Below are positions 28,385-40,659 of a DNA stretch of 64,000 nucleotides, piece by piece. A program made the position numbers and the translations under genes. Position 1 is the stretch's first letter. Every line of letters begins with the position of its first letter. Under the pieces are notes generated by a model, which saw nothing but the letters and a program-made list of their open reading frames with translations, had not been told where the DNA came from and ran no database searches. The stretch is from contig CBDBCF010000001.1 in assembly GCA_965202985.1 (NCBI GenBank), positions 2,496,001-2,560,000 on the forward strand. The letters are read 5' to 3'. The stretch is from Longimicrobiales bacterium. GTDB taxonomy: Bacteria > Gemmatimonadota > Gemmatimonadetes > Longimicrobiales > Gaopeijiaceae.

Positions 28385-30144
28385 GCGCCCCTGCACAGTC
28401 GGTGCCCCGCGTCAAGGTCCTCCCGGACCACGTGGCCAACCAGATCGCCGCTGGCGAGGTGGTCGAGCGCCCTGCGTCGGTCGTGAAGGAGCTGGTGGAG
28501 AACGCCCTGGACGCGGGCGCGTCGGAGGTGCGGGTCACGGTGGAACAGGGCGGCAAGGGTCGGATACGGGTCGCCGACGACGGCATCGGCATGATCCGCC
28601 AAGACGTGCTGGCGTGTCTCGACCGCCACGCCACGAGCAAGATCCGGCAAGCCGCCGACCTGAGGGACATCCGCACGCTGGGCTTCCGGGGCGAGGCGCT
28701 CCCTTCGATCGCCGCCGTCTCCCGCATGACGATCGAGACGGCGGCCCGAGGCGACGACGCCGGGACCCGCGTTCGCGTCCTGGCGGGAAAGATCCAGAGC
28801 GTCGAGGACGCGGCTCGGCGTCCGGGAACCACCGTGGACGTTCGCAACCTTTTCCTGAACACCCCCGTCCGAGCGCGGTTCCTCCGCAACGTGGGCGTGG
28901 AGACCCGCGCCGTCTCCGAAGTCCTCCATTCCCTGGCCCTGGCCAACCTGGACACGCGCCTCGTGCTCGAGACCAACGGACGCGGCCAGTGGGACCTGCC
29001 CGCCGGCCGCAACTTGGCCGAGCGGGTAGCCGAGATATGGGAGGACGCGGGCTTGATCCCCGTGTCCGCCGCGAACGGCGACCTGCGCTTGGAGGGCGTG
29101 CTGCAACGGCCCGATCGCGCCCGCCCAGGCTTTCGGCGCGCGCTCCTGTTCGCCAACGGCAGGCCCTTCCGCGACGGCCGCCTTCTCGCCGCCGCCGACC
29201 GCGGCTACCGCACCACGGTCCCGGAGGGCGCCCGGGCATGGCTCTTCCTCTTCCTCTCGCTGCCCCCGAGCCTGATGGACGTGAACGTGCATCCCGGCAA
29301 GGCCGAAGTGCGGTTTCGCGACCCGGCCCAAGTCGAGGACTTCCTGGAAGAGGCGGTGCGGGACACCCTGCAAGGGGTCGATTCGGCGGCGTCGTGGGGT
29401 CGGGCCACGGCCGCTCCCAAAGCCCCGGCCATGGTTCGCGAGACGCCGTCGTCCCTGCCCCCGATGCGCCTGTTCGGTCCCGACGACGAAGGCGAAGGCG
29501 ACGACGGCGCCCCCGGACCGGCCGTCGACCCGCCGGACCCGGCGGACGCGCTCGTCTCCTCGACGCCGAAGCTGGCCCTTCTGCAGGTGCACAACAGTTT
29601 CATCCTGGCCGAGACCCGAGATGGCCTGCTCATCGTGGACCAGCACGCGGCTCACGAACGAATCCTCTACGAGCGTATCATGGCTCGCTTCGAGGTCGGC
29701 GGCGCCGAGGGACAGCGCCTCCTCTTCCCGTTCACGGTCCGCGTGACGCCGCAGGAGCTGGACACGGTGACGGCCGTGTCGGAGCTGCTGACCCGACTCG
29801 GCTTCGAGATCGAGCCCTTCGGTTCCGGGGCGCTTCTGGTTCAGGCGGTCCCCAGCCCCCATGCGCACTTCGACGCCGAACGCTGCATCCGCGAGATGAT
29901 CCGCGAGTTGGCCGAAGGCTCCGACCTCACGCGGGCGGCACGCAATCAAAACGAGCGCGTCGCCATGAGCTTCGCCTGCAAGGGGGCCATCAAGGCGGGC
30001 CAGAAGCTGGCGCCCGAAGAGATGCAGGACCTGTTCGACCAGCTCTTCGCCACGCGGCTGCCCTATCACGACGTGCATGGGCGCCCCACCGTGGTTCGCC
30101 TGGGGCTGGGCGAACTGAAGCGAAAGTTCGGAAGGTCCTCGTGA
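28381..30144 (+). CDS. mutL: DNA mismatch repair endonuclease MutL
   Basis: NQIAAGEVVERPASVVKELVEN, HATSKI, GFRGEAL, DVNVHP.K.EV, DQHAAHER, ACKGAIK, HGRP. Confidence 0.96.
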   Translation: MSAPAQSVPRVKVLPDHVANQIAAGEVVERPASVVKELVENALDAGASEVRVTVEQGGKGRIRVADDGIGMIRQDVLACLDRHATSKIRQAADLRDIRTLGFRGEALPSIAAVSRMTIETAARGDDAGTRVRVLAGKIQSVEDAARRPGTTVDVRNLFLNTPVRARFLRNVGVETRAVSEVLHSLALANLDTRLVLETNGRGQWDLPAGRNLAERVAEIWEDAGLIPVSAANGDLRLEGVLQRPDRARPGFRRALLFANGRPFRDGRLLAAADRGYRTTVPEGARAWLFLFLSLPPSLMDVNVHPGKAEVRFRDPAQVEDFLEEAVRDTLQGVDSAASWGRATAAPKAPAMVRETPSSLPPMRLFGPDDEGEGDDGAPGPAVDPPDPADALVSSTPKLALLQVHNSFILAETRDGLLIVDQHAAHERILYERIMARFEVGGAEGQRLLFPFTVRVTPQELDTVTAVSELLTRLGFEIEPFGSGALLVQAVPSPHAHFDAERCIREMIRELAEGSDLTRAARNQNERVAMSFACKGAIKAGQKLAPEEMQDLFDQLFATRLPYHDVHGRPTVVRLGLGELKRKFGRSS

Positions 30145-30157
30145 CCGGAGGGCCGGC

Positions 30158-31135
30158 GTGACCGCCGTTGCCGTCCCGGACTTCCTGGCCGTCGCCGGTC
30201 CCACGTGCGCCGGCAAGACGCGCCTGTCGCTGCGGGTCGCCGAGGCCCTGGACGGCGAGATCGTCTCCGTGGACTCGCGCCAAGTCTACCGCGGCATGGA
30301 CGTCGGCACCGCCAAGGCCACCCCCGAGGAGCGCGCGCGCATCCCGCATCACGGCCTCGACGTCCGCGACCCGGATCAGCGCTACGGCGCGGGCGAGTTC
30401 GTGCGCGACGCCCGGCGCTGGATCGCAGGCATAGCCCAGAGGGGCAGGGTTCCCGTGTTGGCGGGCGGCACCGGCTTCTACCTCAAGGCCCTGGCGGAGC
30501 CGCTCTTCGAGGAGCCCGCTTTGGACCCCGGTCGTCGCCGCGCCCTAGAGCGGTTCCTTGCAGCCCTGTCCCGAGCCGACCTGGAGCGCTGGGTGCGCGC
30601 GCTCGACCCCTCTCGGGCCGAGACCGCCGCCGCAGGGGGCCGCCAACGGCTGCTGCGCACCGCGTCGATGGCGCTCCTCACGGGCCGGCCGCTTTCCTGG
30701 TGGCACCGCCGGCGTCCTGGTCGGAGGGCGTTGCAGGGGGTGGCGTGCGTGATCCGGGTGCCCCCGGAAGTGCTGGCGGAGCGCATCGACCGTCGGGTCC
30801 GCGCAATGGTGGCGGACGGCCTGCTCGAAGAGACGGCCCGCCTTCTGGAGGCCGGATACCGGCGGGAGGACCCGGGAATGAGCGGGGTAGGGTACCGGGA
30901 GATGGTGGACCACGTGGAGGGCCGGCTTTCGCTGGCGCAAGCGGTGGAGCGCGCGCAGGCCGCGACCCGCCGCTACGCCCGCCGCCAGCGCACGTGGTTC
31001 CGCGGCCAGCTGGGTCCGGGCGCGACGATGGTGGACGGCGCCGCACCGATCGAGCGTCAAGTGGAAGCGGTCTTGGAGGCGTGGCGCAGCGCAACGGCGG
31101 GGGCGAGCGCCCGGCGGGAGGTGTCGGCCGCGTGA
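30158..31135 (+). CDS. miaA: tRNA dimethylallyltransferase
   Basis: GPTCAGKT, SVDSRQVYRGMDVGTAK, GGTGFY, TRRYARRQRTWF. Confidence 0.95.
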   Translation: MTAVAVPDFLAVAGPTCAGKTRLSLRVAEALDGEIVSVDSRQVYRGMDVGTAKATPEERARIPHHGLDVRDPDQRYGAGEFVRDARRWIAGIAQRGRVPVLAGGTGFYLKALAEPLFEEPALDPGRRRALERFLAALSRADLERWVRALDPSRAETAAAGGRQRLLRTASMALLTGRPLSWWHRRRPGRRALQGVACVIRVPPEVLAERIDRRVRAMVADGLLEETARLLEAGYRREDPGMSGVGYREMVDHVEGRLSLAQAVERAQAATRRYARRQRTWFRGQLGPGATMVDGAAPIERQVEAVLEAWRSATAGASARREVSAA

Positions 31136-32262
31136 AGGTCGGGATCGCCTGCTACCCCACCTACGGCGGCTCGGGCGCCGTGGCCACGTCGCTGGGGATC
31201 GGCCTGGCGGAACGGGGCCACGAGGTCCACTTCGTCTCGTATGCCCAACCCTTCCGCCTGTCGGGCTTCCGCGAACGGGTCTACCTGCACGAAGTCGAGG
31301 TCGACCGCTATCCCCTCTTCGAGCATCCGCCCTACACGCTGGCCATGGCGGCGGCGATCCACGACACAGCCCTCCGGGAGTCGCTGGACGTGGTCCACGT
31401 GCACTACGCCATTCCTCACGCCACGTCGGCGTGGATCGCCCGGCAGATGCTGGGGCGCGACGACGGCCCGCCTCTGGTCACCACGCTGCACGGAACCGAC
31501 GTGACCCTGGTCGGTCGCCAGCCTTCGTTCCACGCGATCACCCGCTTCTCGATCCTGCAGTCCCAGGGCATCACCACCGTGTCGCGCTTCCTCAAGGACG
31601 TGACCGTTCGCGACTTCGACGTGCCCGAGGAGCGGATCCGCGTCGTCCCCAACTTCGTGGACACGGACGTTTTCCGCCGGGGCGGCGAACCCTGCCACAA
31701 GAACGTCTTCGCCCCCCGGGGCGAGAAGATCGTCATGCACGTCTCCAACTTCCGGGCCGTGAAGCGCGTGGCCGAAGTGGTGCGCATCTTCGCGGGGCTG
31801 CGGCGCTCGATCCCGGCGCGACTGGTGCTGGTCGGCGACGGACCCGAACGCTCCCGGGCCGCCCAGGCGGCGCGTACTTCGGGGGTCGAAGACGACGTGG
31901 TGTTCCTGGGCAAGCACGCCGCCGTCAACGAGCTGCTGGCGTGCGCCGACCTCTTTCTGATGGCCAGCGAGAGCGAGTCCTTCGGGCTGGCCGCCTTGGA
32001 GGCGATGGCGAGCGGGGCGCCGGTGGTCGGGTATAGGGCCGGGGGACTGCCGGAGGTCGTGCCCGACGGAGAGGCGGGCTACTTGGTCCGGCCCGGCGCC
32101 GCAGAGGAAGCCACCGCCGCCGCCGCGCGCATCTTGGGCGACGAAGGCCGCTGGCGGCGCTTCAGCCAAGCCGGGCGGCGGGTGGCGGTGGAGCGCTTCG
32201 ATTCCCGGCGGGTCCTGCCGCTGTACGAGGCGTACTACGAGGCCGTGAGGTCGGGAGCGTGA
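31132..32262 (+). CDS. bshA: N-acetyl-alpha-D-glucosaminyl L-malate synthase
   Basis: CYPTYGGSG, HVHYAIPHA, TTLHGTD, HVSNFRAVKR, ESFGLAALEAM. Confidence 0.92.
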   Translation: MKVGIACYPTYGGSGAVATSLGIGLAERGHEVHFVSYAQPFRLSGFRERVYLHEVEVDRYPLFEHPPYTLAMAAAIHDTALRESLDVVHVHYAIPHATSAWIARQMLGRDDGPPLVTTLHGTDVTLVGRQPSFHAITRFSILQSQGITTVSRFLKDVTVRDFDVPEERIRVVPNFVDTDVFRRGGEPCHKNVFAPRGEKIVMHVSNFRAVKRVAEVVRIFAGLRRSIPARLVLVGDGPERSRAAQAARTSGVEDDVVFLGKHAAVNELLACADLFLMASESESFGLAALEAMASGAPVVGYRAGGLPEVVPDGEAGYLVRPGAAEEATAAAARILGDEGRWRRFSQAGRRVAVERFDSRRVLPLYEAYYEAVRSGA

Positions 32263-33041
32263 CTTGGTACGAAAGCGTCTTCCTGGGCTTCCTGCAGGGG
32301 GCTACCGAGTTCCTGCCCGTCTCCAGCTCCGGCCACTTGGTCATGGGACAGGCGCTTCTGGGGGTCGAGCAGCCGGGCGTCGGGCTGGAGATCGTCCTTC
32401 ACGTGGCGACGCTGGCGTCGGTGCTGACCGTGTACCGCGCGCGGATCGGCGCCTTGGCGGTCGGGGTCGCGCGCGCGGATCGGGAACACCTGCGCTACGC
32501 CGGACTGCTGGTGGTGGCCTCTGTGCCTGCCGGGGTCGCCGGCGTCGGGTTCGGCGGATTCTTCGAGTCGCTCTTCGACAGCTTGGCGGCGACGGGGGCG
32601 GCGCTCGTCTTCACCGGGTGCGTTCTTTGGACGGCCCGCCGGGCGCTGGCTCGCTCGCCGTCGGCTTCCCCGGACGCCGGCGCGGCGCTGGTCATGGGGT
32701 TGGCCCAGGTCTTGGCGATCGTGCCCGGGGTCTCCCGGTCCGGCACGACTGTCGTGGCGGCGCTGTGGAGGGGCGTGGCCCCGGCGGAGGCGGCGGCGTT
32801 CTCGTTCCTCATGTCGATCCCCGCCGTGTCCGGGGCTGCGCTGCTCAAGCTACCGGACGCTGCCGCCGCCGGGTTCTCGGCGTCTTCCGGCACCTGGATC
32901 GCCGCCGCCGTCGCATGCGTCACGGGCGTGCTCGCGATCCGCGCCTTCCACGCCGTGCTCGATCGTCGCTCCTTCCACCGCTTCGCGCCGTACCTGTGGG
33001 CGGCAGGGGCGATACTGCTTTGGTACGCGGGACGGCCTTGA
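32259..33041 (+). CDS. uppP: undecaprenyl-diphosphate phosphatase
   Basis: QGATEFLPVSSSGHL, PGVSRSGTT, FSFLMSIP. Confidence 0.94.
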   Translation: MTWYESVFLGFLQGATEFLPVSSSGHLVMGQALLGVEQPGVGLEIVLHVATLASVLTVYRARIGALAVGVARADREHLRYAGLLVVASVPAGVAGVGFGGFFESLFDSLAATGAALVFTGCVLWTARRALARSPSASPDAGAALVMGLAQVLAIVPGVSRSGTTVVAALWRGVAPAEAAAFSFLMSIPAVSGAALLKLPDAAAAGFSASSGTWIAAAVACVTGVLAIRAFHAVLDRRSFHRFAPYLWAAGAILLWYAGRP

Positions 33042-33886
33042 CGACTTCGGCGCGGGTGCCGGGGTCCGCTGGGGCCGCCGCAACGGAGCTCCTGGCCGAA
33101 TGGGAAGGCGTCTCCGTCGGCGAATGGGCCCGCCGACTGGGGGTTGCGACCGCCGAGTTCCACGGGTGCACCGCCTCGACGAGCGACCGCGCCGCCGCGT
33201 TGGTTCGGGCCGGCCAGCCCCTGCCGGTTCTCGTGGTTGCCGACCGCCAGACGGCAGGGCGGGGGCGCCGAGGAAGGCGGTGGACATCGGACTCTCCCAG
33301 CGGGCTCTGGTTCACCGTGGCGCATCCGTTCCCCCCCGCGGGGGCGGTGCTCCCGCTCCGGGTCGGGCTTGCGGTGGCGCGTGCGCTGGAATCGGTCGAG
33401 CCCGGCATCCGAGTGCAGGTCAAGTGGCCCAACGATCTCCTGATCGCGGGAGGCAAGCTGGGGGGCGTGCTGTGCGAGCGGGTGAGCGACGCAGCCCTAG
33501 TCGGGGTCGGCCTCAACCTCAACCACCCCCAGGACGCGTTGCCGACGGGACCTGAACTGCGCGCCACCTCCATTGCCGCGGAGGTTGGCCGGACCGTGTC
33601 TCGGGGTCGGGTTCTGGAGGCCGTCCGGGATGCGATGGAGGTCGTGTGGCGCCGGCGGGCAAGCGCCATTCCGCCGCCCGAGCGGACCGCCCTGGAACGC
33701 CGTTCGCCCTTGACGGGCCGCCCGGTCGCTGTCGAAGGGGTGATCCGCCTTCGTTCGGGTCGCGCCAAGGCCGTCCGCGGCATGAACGCCGTCGGAGGCC
33801 GCCTGTGCTCCGACGGCTCCCTGGAGCTTGTGGACGCCGCCGGCGCTCGGGTGCGCCTGGTCGCCGGCTCGGCCCGCCCGCGATGA
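33038..33886 (+). CDS. birA: biotin--[acetyl-CoA carboxylase] ligase
   Basis: QTAGRGRRGRRW, KWPNDL..GKLGGVL.E, GVGLN. Confidence 0.9.
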   Translation: MTTSARVPGSAGAAATELLAEWEGVSVGEWARRLGVATAEFHGCTASTSDRAAALVRAGQPLPVLVVADRQTAGRGRRGRRWTSDSPSGLWFTVAHPFPPAGAVLPLRVGLAVARALESVEPGIRVQVKWPNDLLIAGGKLGGVLCERVSDAALVGVGLNLNHPQDALPTGPELRATSIAAEVGRTVSRGRVLEAVRDAMEVVWRRRASAIPPPERTALERRSPLTGRPVAVEGVIRLRSGRAKAVRGMNAVGGRLCSDGSLELVDAAGARVRLVAGSARPR

Positions 33887-34767
33887 ACCGGTTGCCTGCG
33901 ATGCCTCCCCCCGCGACGACCCATCCGCACCAGGGTGCCGCCGACTGCCAGCTCGTCGCCGACGTGGGCAACACCGAAACCGCCTTCGGCTTGGTCAGTC
34001 TGTGCGGCACCGAAGTCTTCGACCACTGGCGCGTCAGCACTGGCGTGCAGAGGACCGAGGCCGAGTACCAAGTCCTTCTCGCCGCCCTCTTGTCCAGAGG
34101 GACCCGGCGGCCGGCCAGCGCCCCGCCGATCGCCGTCCGCCGAGCGGTCGTGGGCTCGGTGGTTCCCGCCGCCGCTCCGGCCCTGGAATCGGCCCTGTCC
34201 TCGCTGCTGGACGCGCCGGTCGCGACCGTGACCGCCGAGTCGGACCTGCCGATCGAGCTGGCGGTCGAGGAACCCCTGACGGTCGGCGTGGACCGCATCG
34301 TGAACACGCTGGCCGCCAAGGTTCGCTTCGGCCGGGACACGATCGCCGTGGACCTGGGGACCGCCACCACCTTCGACTGCATCACCGCCGAAGGCGTCTT
34401 CCTGGGAGGGGTCATCGCGCCGGGGGTCGCCGCCGGCCTGGATTGGCTGGCCAAGCGGACGGCCAAGTTGCCCACCGTGGACTTGGCGCCGCCGCGCGCG
34501 GTGACCGGTCGCCGAACGGAGGACTGCATCCGAAGCGGCGTCTTCTACTCCGCCGTGGATTCGGTGAACGGAATCGTCGCCCGCATCAAGGAGGAGTGGC
34601 GCGCCGCCGGTTCCTCGGGCGGCGATCCGCTGGTGGTGGTCACCGGGGGCTTCGCGGCGACGATCGGCCCGCACGCGTCGTCCGTGGACCGCGTCGAGCC
34701 CCTCCTGACGCTGCAGGGCCTGGGGATCGCCGGCACCCATTTGGCCGGCGACTCCGCGGCCGTCTAG
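33883..34767 (+). CDS. coaX: type III pantothenate kinase
   Basis: DVGNT, VGVDR, VDLGTATTFD, GGVIAPG, TGG. Confidence 0.93.
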   Translation: MNRLPAMPPPATTHPHQGAADCQLVADVGNTETAFGLVSLCGTEVFDHWRVSTGVQRTEAEYQVLLAALLSRGTRRPASAPPIAVRRAVVGSVVPAAAPALESALSSLLDAPVATVTAESDLPIELAVEEPLTVGVDRIVNTLAAKVRFGRDTIAVDLGTATTFDCITAEGVFLGGVIAPGVAAGLDWLAKRTAKLPTVDLAPPRAVTGRRTEDCIRSGVFYSAVDSVNGIVARIKEEWRAAGSSGGDPLVVVTGGFAATIGPHASSVDRVEPLLTLQGLGIAGTHLAGDSAAV

Positions 34768-34788
34768 CTCGGCCGTCTGGCCGGCGAC

Positions 34789-35922
34789 GGAAGCGCCGTT
34801 GGCCGCCTCGGCCAGCATGGCGTCTCCAGTGTCGCACTCCGCTACGGCGTAGCCCACCTGGAGCAGCTGCTCGGGACCCATTGCCGCCACCAGCCTCTCC
34901 AAGCGCTTCGCCGTCTCCGCCCCGAACTTCCGCGACGCCAGACGAAGCACCATCTCCCGGCGACCCCGCGCCACGCCCTGCTTCACGCCCGTGCGCTGTT
35001 GTTCCTCCACCCACTGCTCGTACGTCTGTTCCATCTTCGGCGCCTCCTCTGGTTGAATGATCTGTTGCTCGACGACCCGCCTCCGCTCCGTCGGCACGCC
35101 CGCCGCGCGCATCCGCTCGTCCGTCCACTTCGCGAACGCCCGGCGCGCCGACGCCTGCTCCTCCCCGGCCCACTGCTCCGCCAACGAGGCGTGCACCCGC
35201 CGAAAGGCGTCCCACGGCTTCCGCTCCAGCGCGCCCAGCCAGCCCAGCAACGAGTCCTCCGGCAGCAAGTCTTGCGCCGACGCCGACTGCAAGTCAAGCA
35301 CTTCGTAGCTGTGCGTGCTCGCGCCGGCGTCGGCCCAGACCGCACCGGGCGGCGGCTGCGGCGTCAGCGTCAGAGCGGCCAAGCTGGTCGCGGCGGTCCA
35401 GGGCTCCGGGCCGGTGTGGAGGACGCGGGCGAGAACGAGGGGCACGGAGCCGTCCGAGTCCAGCATCTTCGGGTTGGCGCGCAGCATCTCGATCGTCCCG
35501 GTGGCGTAGGCCAGGGTGCGAAGCGCCATGTCGGGGTCGTGGGAGGACTGGAACTCGACGAGGAAGACGACCGAGGCGGTGCTGTCCTTGAACCAGACCC
35601 TTACCGCGAGGTCGGCCAGCCTGCGCTCGAGCCCTGGGGAGATCGTCTCGGTGGGGACGAGTTCGGCGGTGTCGAGGTCGAGGACGTCGTGGCCTCCGGC
35701 GGCGAGGAAGTCTCGGATCAGGGACTTGATGGCCACATCGTGGGCGAAGAGGGCCTTGTAGGTCTGGTCGTGGGGACGGCGCTCGCGCCGGCTGGGACCG
35801 GCGTCGGGCGGGTCCGGGGCGTCATTGGACGGGTCCGGGGTCTCGCCGGCGGTGGCCTCGTCGGGGGAGCGGAGAGCGTCGCTAGCGCTGGGGGATCGGG
35901 GTTCGCTGCGGGGTCGGTCCAT
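34789..35922 (-). CDS. Rpn/YhgA-family nuclease, copy 2 (homologous extent given; no in-frame stop until 32920)
   Basis: Collinear with copy 1 from HDQTYKALF to AANGAS; the frame then stays open antisense across coaX and birA into uppP. Confidence 0.82.
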
Positions 35923-36182
35923 CTGGACGAGCGGCCTTTCTCGAGTGGGTCTCGTGCCGCCTCTCCGGGGCGGATACCCAAACGATGGGGCCGAAATCGG
36001 GGCGTTTGGATAGCTGTTTGAGCCCGACTTTGCAGCGGCCGCCCGCGAGTCCGCGCCACGCCATTGGGGCGCAACGGATTTCGCGCGTTCCGGGCGACGG
36101 AACTTCGCGCACCCGCGTCGCCCAAAACATGCCCATCTCCCCGCCCGAAACGCCCTCCCCCTCGCCCGACCTCTCCCCCCGC

Positions 36183-36243
36183 TTGACACGTCGCGCCGCC
36201 TTCCCCATCGTTCTTGCTAGCACTCGCACGGATTGAGTGCTAG
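36183..36243 (+). promoter_or_regulatory. groESL promoter with CIRCE element (HrcA operator)
   Basis: TTGACA at 36183; CTAGCACTC-N9-GAGTGCTAG at 36217-36243. Confidence 0.92.
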
Positions 36244-36314
36244 CAGTCGCGGCTCCGGGCGGAACGCGCGCCGGCCGGCCGCGCAAACCCATACTTCTCG
36301 CAAGGAGGAAGCGC

Positions 36315-36617
36315 ATGTCTGCCGCAGACAAGATCCAGCCTTTGGCGGATCGCGTGGTGGTGAAGGCCTTGGAAGAGGCCGAGCAGATGCGGGGTGGCCT
36401 GTACATCCCCGACACCGCCAAGGAGAAGCCCCAGGAGGGCGAGGTCGTCGCCGTGGGTCCCGGCAAGCTGTCCGACGACGGCAACCGGGTCCCCATGGAG
36501 GTGGCCGCCGGAAACCGCGTGCTGTACGGCAAGTACAGCGGCACCGAGGTCAAGGTGGACGGAGACGACTACCTGATCCTTCGGGAGTCCGACATCCTCG
36601 CCATCGTCACCAACTAA
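36315..36617 (+). CDS. groES: co-chaperonin GroES
   Basis: [44 protein letters not shown]. Confidence 0.97.
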   Translation: MSAADKIQPLADRVVVKALEEAEQMRGGLYIPDTAKEKPQEGEVVAVGPGKLSDDGNRVPMEVAAGNRVLYGKYSGTEVKVDGDDYLILRESDILAIVTN

Positions 36618-36641
36618 CCCACGCCAGGAGACAAGAGACAC

Positions 36642-38276
<1,635 letters not shown>

Positions 38277-38302
38277 GCAGCACGGCCGTCCAAGGCTAGG
38301 CA

Positions 38303-38360
38303 GGAACCGGGCCGGGGCGTCCTCCCGTCTTTTCGAGGGGACGTTCCGGCGCCGGTTTCG
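38303..38360 (+). terminator. long imperfect hairpin after groEL
   Basis: GGAACCGGGCCGGGGCGTCC pairs with GGACGTTCCGGCGCCGGTTTC; no clear U-tract. Confidence 0.45.
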
Positions 38361-38493
38361 GCCTCCGTCCTACGGGGTCCGGGGCATGAACGACGCTCCG
38401 GGCCCCGTTCTGCGTTTGGGCGTGGCGGGTCGCGGACAGTGCGCTATACTTTCCGTCCGTCCGAGCAAGCCTCCCACCTTCAGGAGCGCGCCC

Positions 38494-40659
38494 GTGGCCG
38501 TAACGATCACGCGAGGAACCAACGACGTGCCGGTCGCCAGCCAAGCACTGGCCGAGGTCATGGCTGGACTCCCCGGTCTATCGGGGAAGCTCTTTCTCGG
38601 GTACCCCGTAGTCGCCACACTCGACGGCCCTCTTGCGATCGACGCCCTGTGGGCCTCGAGGGAGGCAGGCTTCGTGCTCTTCGACCTAGTCGAGGGGGCC
38701 GACTGGGCAGGACACGACCGACGTCAGGAGAACCTCGGCAACGTCGTGGAGGCCAAGCTGCGGTTCCATAGCGAGCTGGTCGCGCGTTCCGATCAGGGCA
38801 GGGTCCTCCTAGTTCCCGTGCACACGCTGACGTTTGCGCCCGGCGTTTCCCGACTGCCCCACGACTCCGCTGCCGACTTCCCGCTCGCGAACCGGGAAAC
38901 CCTCCCGCAGGTCCTGGACCAGCTTCGATGGACCACCAACGGAGGGGACCGCGAGTTCCGCGTCGCGCTTTCCGATATCGAGAACGTCTCGACGATCCGG
39001 CGGACTGGTCGCGAACATCGCCCCGAACGACCGGATTCGCGGGGAGCCAAGTTGCGCAAGCTGGAAGACTCGGTGGCGACGCTGGACACGCACCAAAACA
39101 ATGCGATCGTCGAGACGACGGACGGCGTTCAGCGAATCCGCGGCCTTGCCGGCTCGGGCAAGTCGATCGTTCTCGCCCTCAAGGCGGCCTACCTCCACGC
39201 CCGACACCCCGACTGGCGAATCTGCGTCACCTTCCAGACGCGCTCCCTGAAGCTGTTCTTTCACCAGCTGATCACCGACGCCTTCGTGTCCCAGACGAAG
39301 GCGATGCCGGACTGGCAAAGCCTGCGCGTCGTCAACGCATGGGGCGCACCAGGCGACAAGGAGCGGGACGGCGTGTACCACCAGTTCTGCACGGCACACG
39401 GTCTACGCTACCATGACTTCACGACTGCGAAGATGACCTTTGGTGCCACGGGCGCATTCAACGGCGCATGCAAGCTTGCGCTGAAAGAAGCAAAATCCAC
39501 GCACGACCTCTACGACGTAGTCCTGGTCGACGAGGCCCAGGATCTTCCTCCTGCGTTCCTACGCATCTGCTATGAACTCCTGACGAAGGACAAGAGGTTG
39601 GTCTACGCCTACGACGAACTTCAAAACCTGGGCCGCGCTTCGATGCCGGCACTGGAAGAGATATTCGGGCAAGACGTGCGTCGCCCGACCGATTCGACTT
39701 CCCACGACATCGTGCTGAAGAAGTGCTACCGCAACTCGCGGCTCGTTCTCGTCACCGCGCACGCCCTCGGTTTCGGCGTTCACCGAAAGCCGGACGAGAC
39801 GACACGCACGGGCATCGTGCAGATCTTCGACGACACGCAGATGTGGCACGACACCGGCTACCGTGCCAAAAACGGCGAAATCCGCGACGGGCAGCGGGTC
39901 GTGCTTGCCAGGACAGCCGAGACCAGTCCATTGTTTCTAGAAAAGCACTCTCCCCCCGAGGACTTGGTGCAGTTTGTCTCCTTCGAGACCGATGACGAAC
40001 AGGTGGAATGGGTAGCGGAGCAGGTGGCGCGGAACATCCGCAATGACGAACTGCGGCCGGACGACATCGTGGTAATCAACCCGGATCCGTTCTCGACTTC
40101 TGCCGCCGTCGGGCCGATCCGCGCACTGTTGCACGACAATAAGATTGAGCATCATCTGGCCGGCATCGACACGGACGCGGACATCTTTCGACAACCCGAC
40201 TCCGTGACCTTCACCGGCATCCATCGAGCCAAGGGCAACGAGTTCGGCATGGTGTACGTGATCAACGCTCACGAGTGCTACTCGGCCCAATACGGCTTGG
40301 CCCGGATACGGAATCGCCTGTTCACGGCGATCACGCGAAGCAAGGCGTGGGTGCGCGTATGCGGCGTCGGCGACGACATGAAGCGGCTGATGGAAGAGTT
40401 CGCGAAGCTGCGCGCCGAGGACTACGAGCTGCGCTTCGTTTATCCGACCGCACAAGAGCGCGCCGGGATGCGCGTCGTGCATCGCGATCGGTCGAGCGCA
40501 GACATCAAGCGCGTCGAGAGGCACAAGAGCAACTTGTCGCAACTCATGGAAGACCTGAAGTCGGGCAGGGTCTACAGGGAGGACCTGCCGGAGATCGGAA
40601 AGGAGATGCGGGAACTGCTCGCGGTGAGGGAAGGGAAGCGTCGCGATGACCAGCGCTGA
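38494..40659 (+). CDS. superfamily I (UvrD-like) helicase, partner of DUF2290
   Basis: GLAGSGKS, LVDEAQD, CYRN, RAKGNE, LFTAITRSK; AGGAG RBS before GTG 38494. Confidence 0.85.
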   Translation: MAVTITRGTNDVPVASQALAEVMAGLPGLSGKLFLGYPVVATLDGPLAIDALWASREAGFVLFDLVEGADWAGHDRRQENLGNVVEAKLRFHSELVARSDQGRVLLVPVHTLTFAPGVSRLPHDSAADFPLANRETLPQVLDQLRWTTNGGDREFRVALSDIENVSTIRRTGREHRPERPDSRGAKLRKLEDSVATLDTHQNNAIVETTDGVQRIRGLAGSGKSIVLALKAAYLHARHPDWRICVTFQTRSLKLFFHQLITDAFVSQTKAMPDWQSLRVVNAWGAPGDKERDGVYHQFCTAHGLRYHDFTTAKMTFGATGAFNGACKLALKEAKSTHDLYDVVLVDEAQDLPPAFLRICYELLTKDKRLVYAYDELQNLGRASMPALEEIFGQDVRRPTDSTSHDIVLKKCYRNSRLVLVTAHALGFGVHRKPDETTRTGIVQIFDDTQMWHDTGYRAKNGEIRDGQRVVLARTAETSPLFLEKHSPPEDLVQFVSFETDDEQVEWVAEQVARNIRNDELRPDDIVVINPDPFSTSAAVGPIRALLHDNKIEHHLAGIDTDADIFRQPDSVTFTGIHRAKGNEFGMVYVINAHECYSAQYGLARIRNRLFTAITRSKAWVRVCGVGDDMKRLMEEFAKLRAEDYELRFVYPTAQERAGMRVVHRDRSSADIKRVERHKSNLSQLMEDLKSGRVYREDLPEIGKEMRELLAVREGKRRDDQR

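Noticed and set aside
31132..32262. bshA outside Firmicutes as a novelty
   Set aside because: Bacillithiol genes are already known from several other phyla
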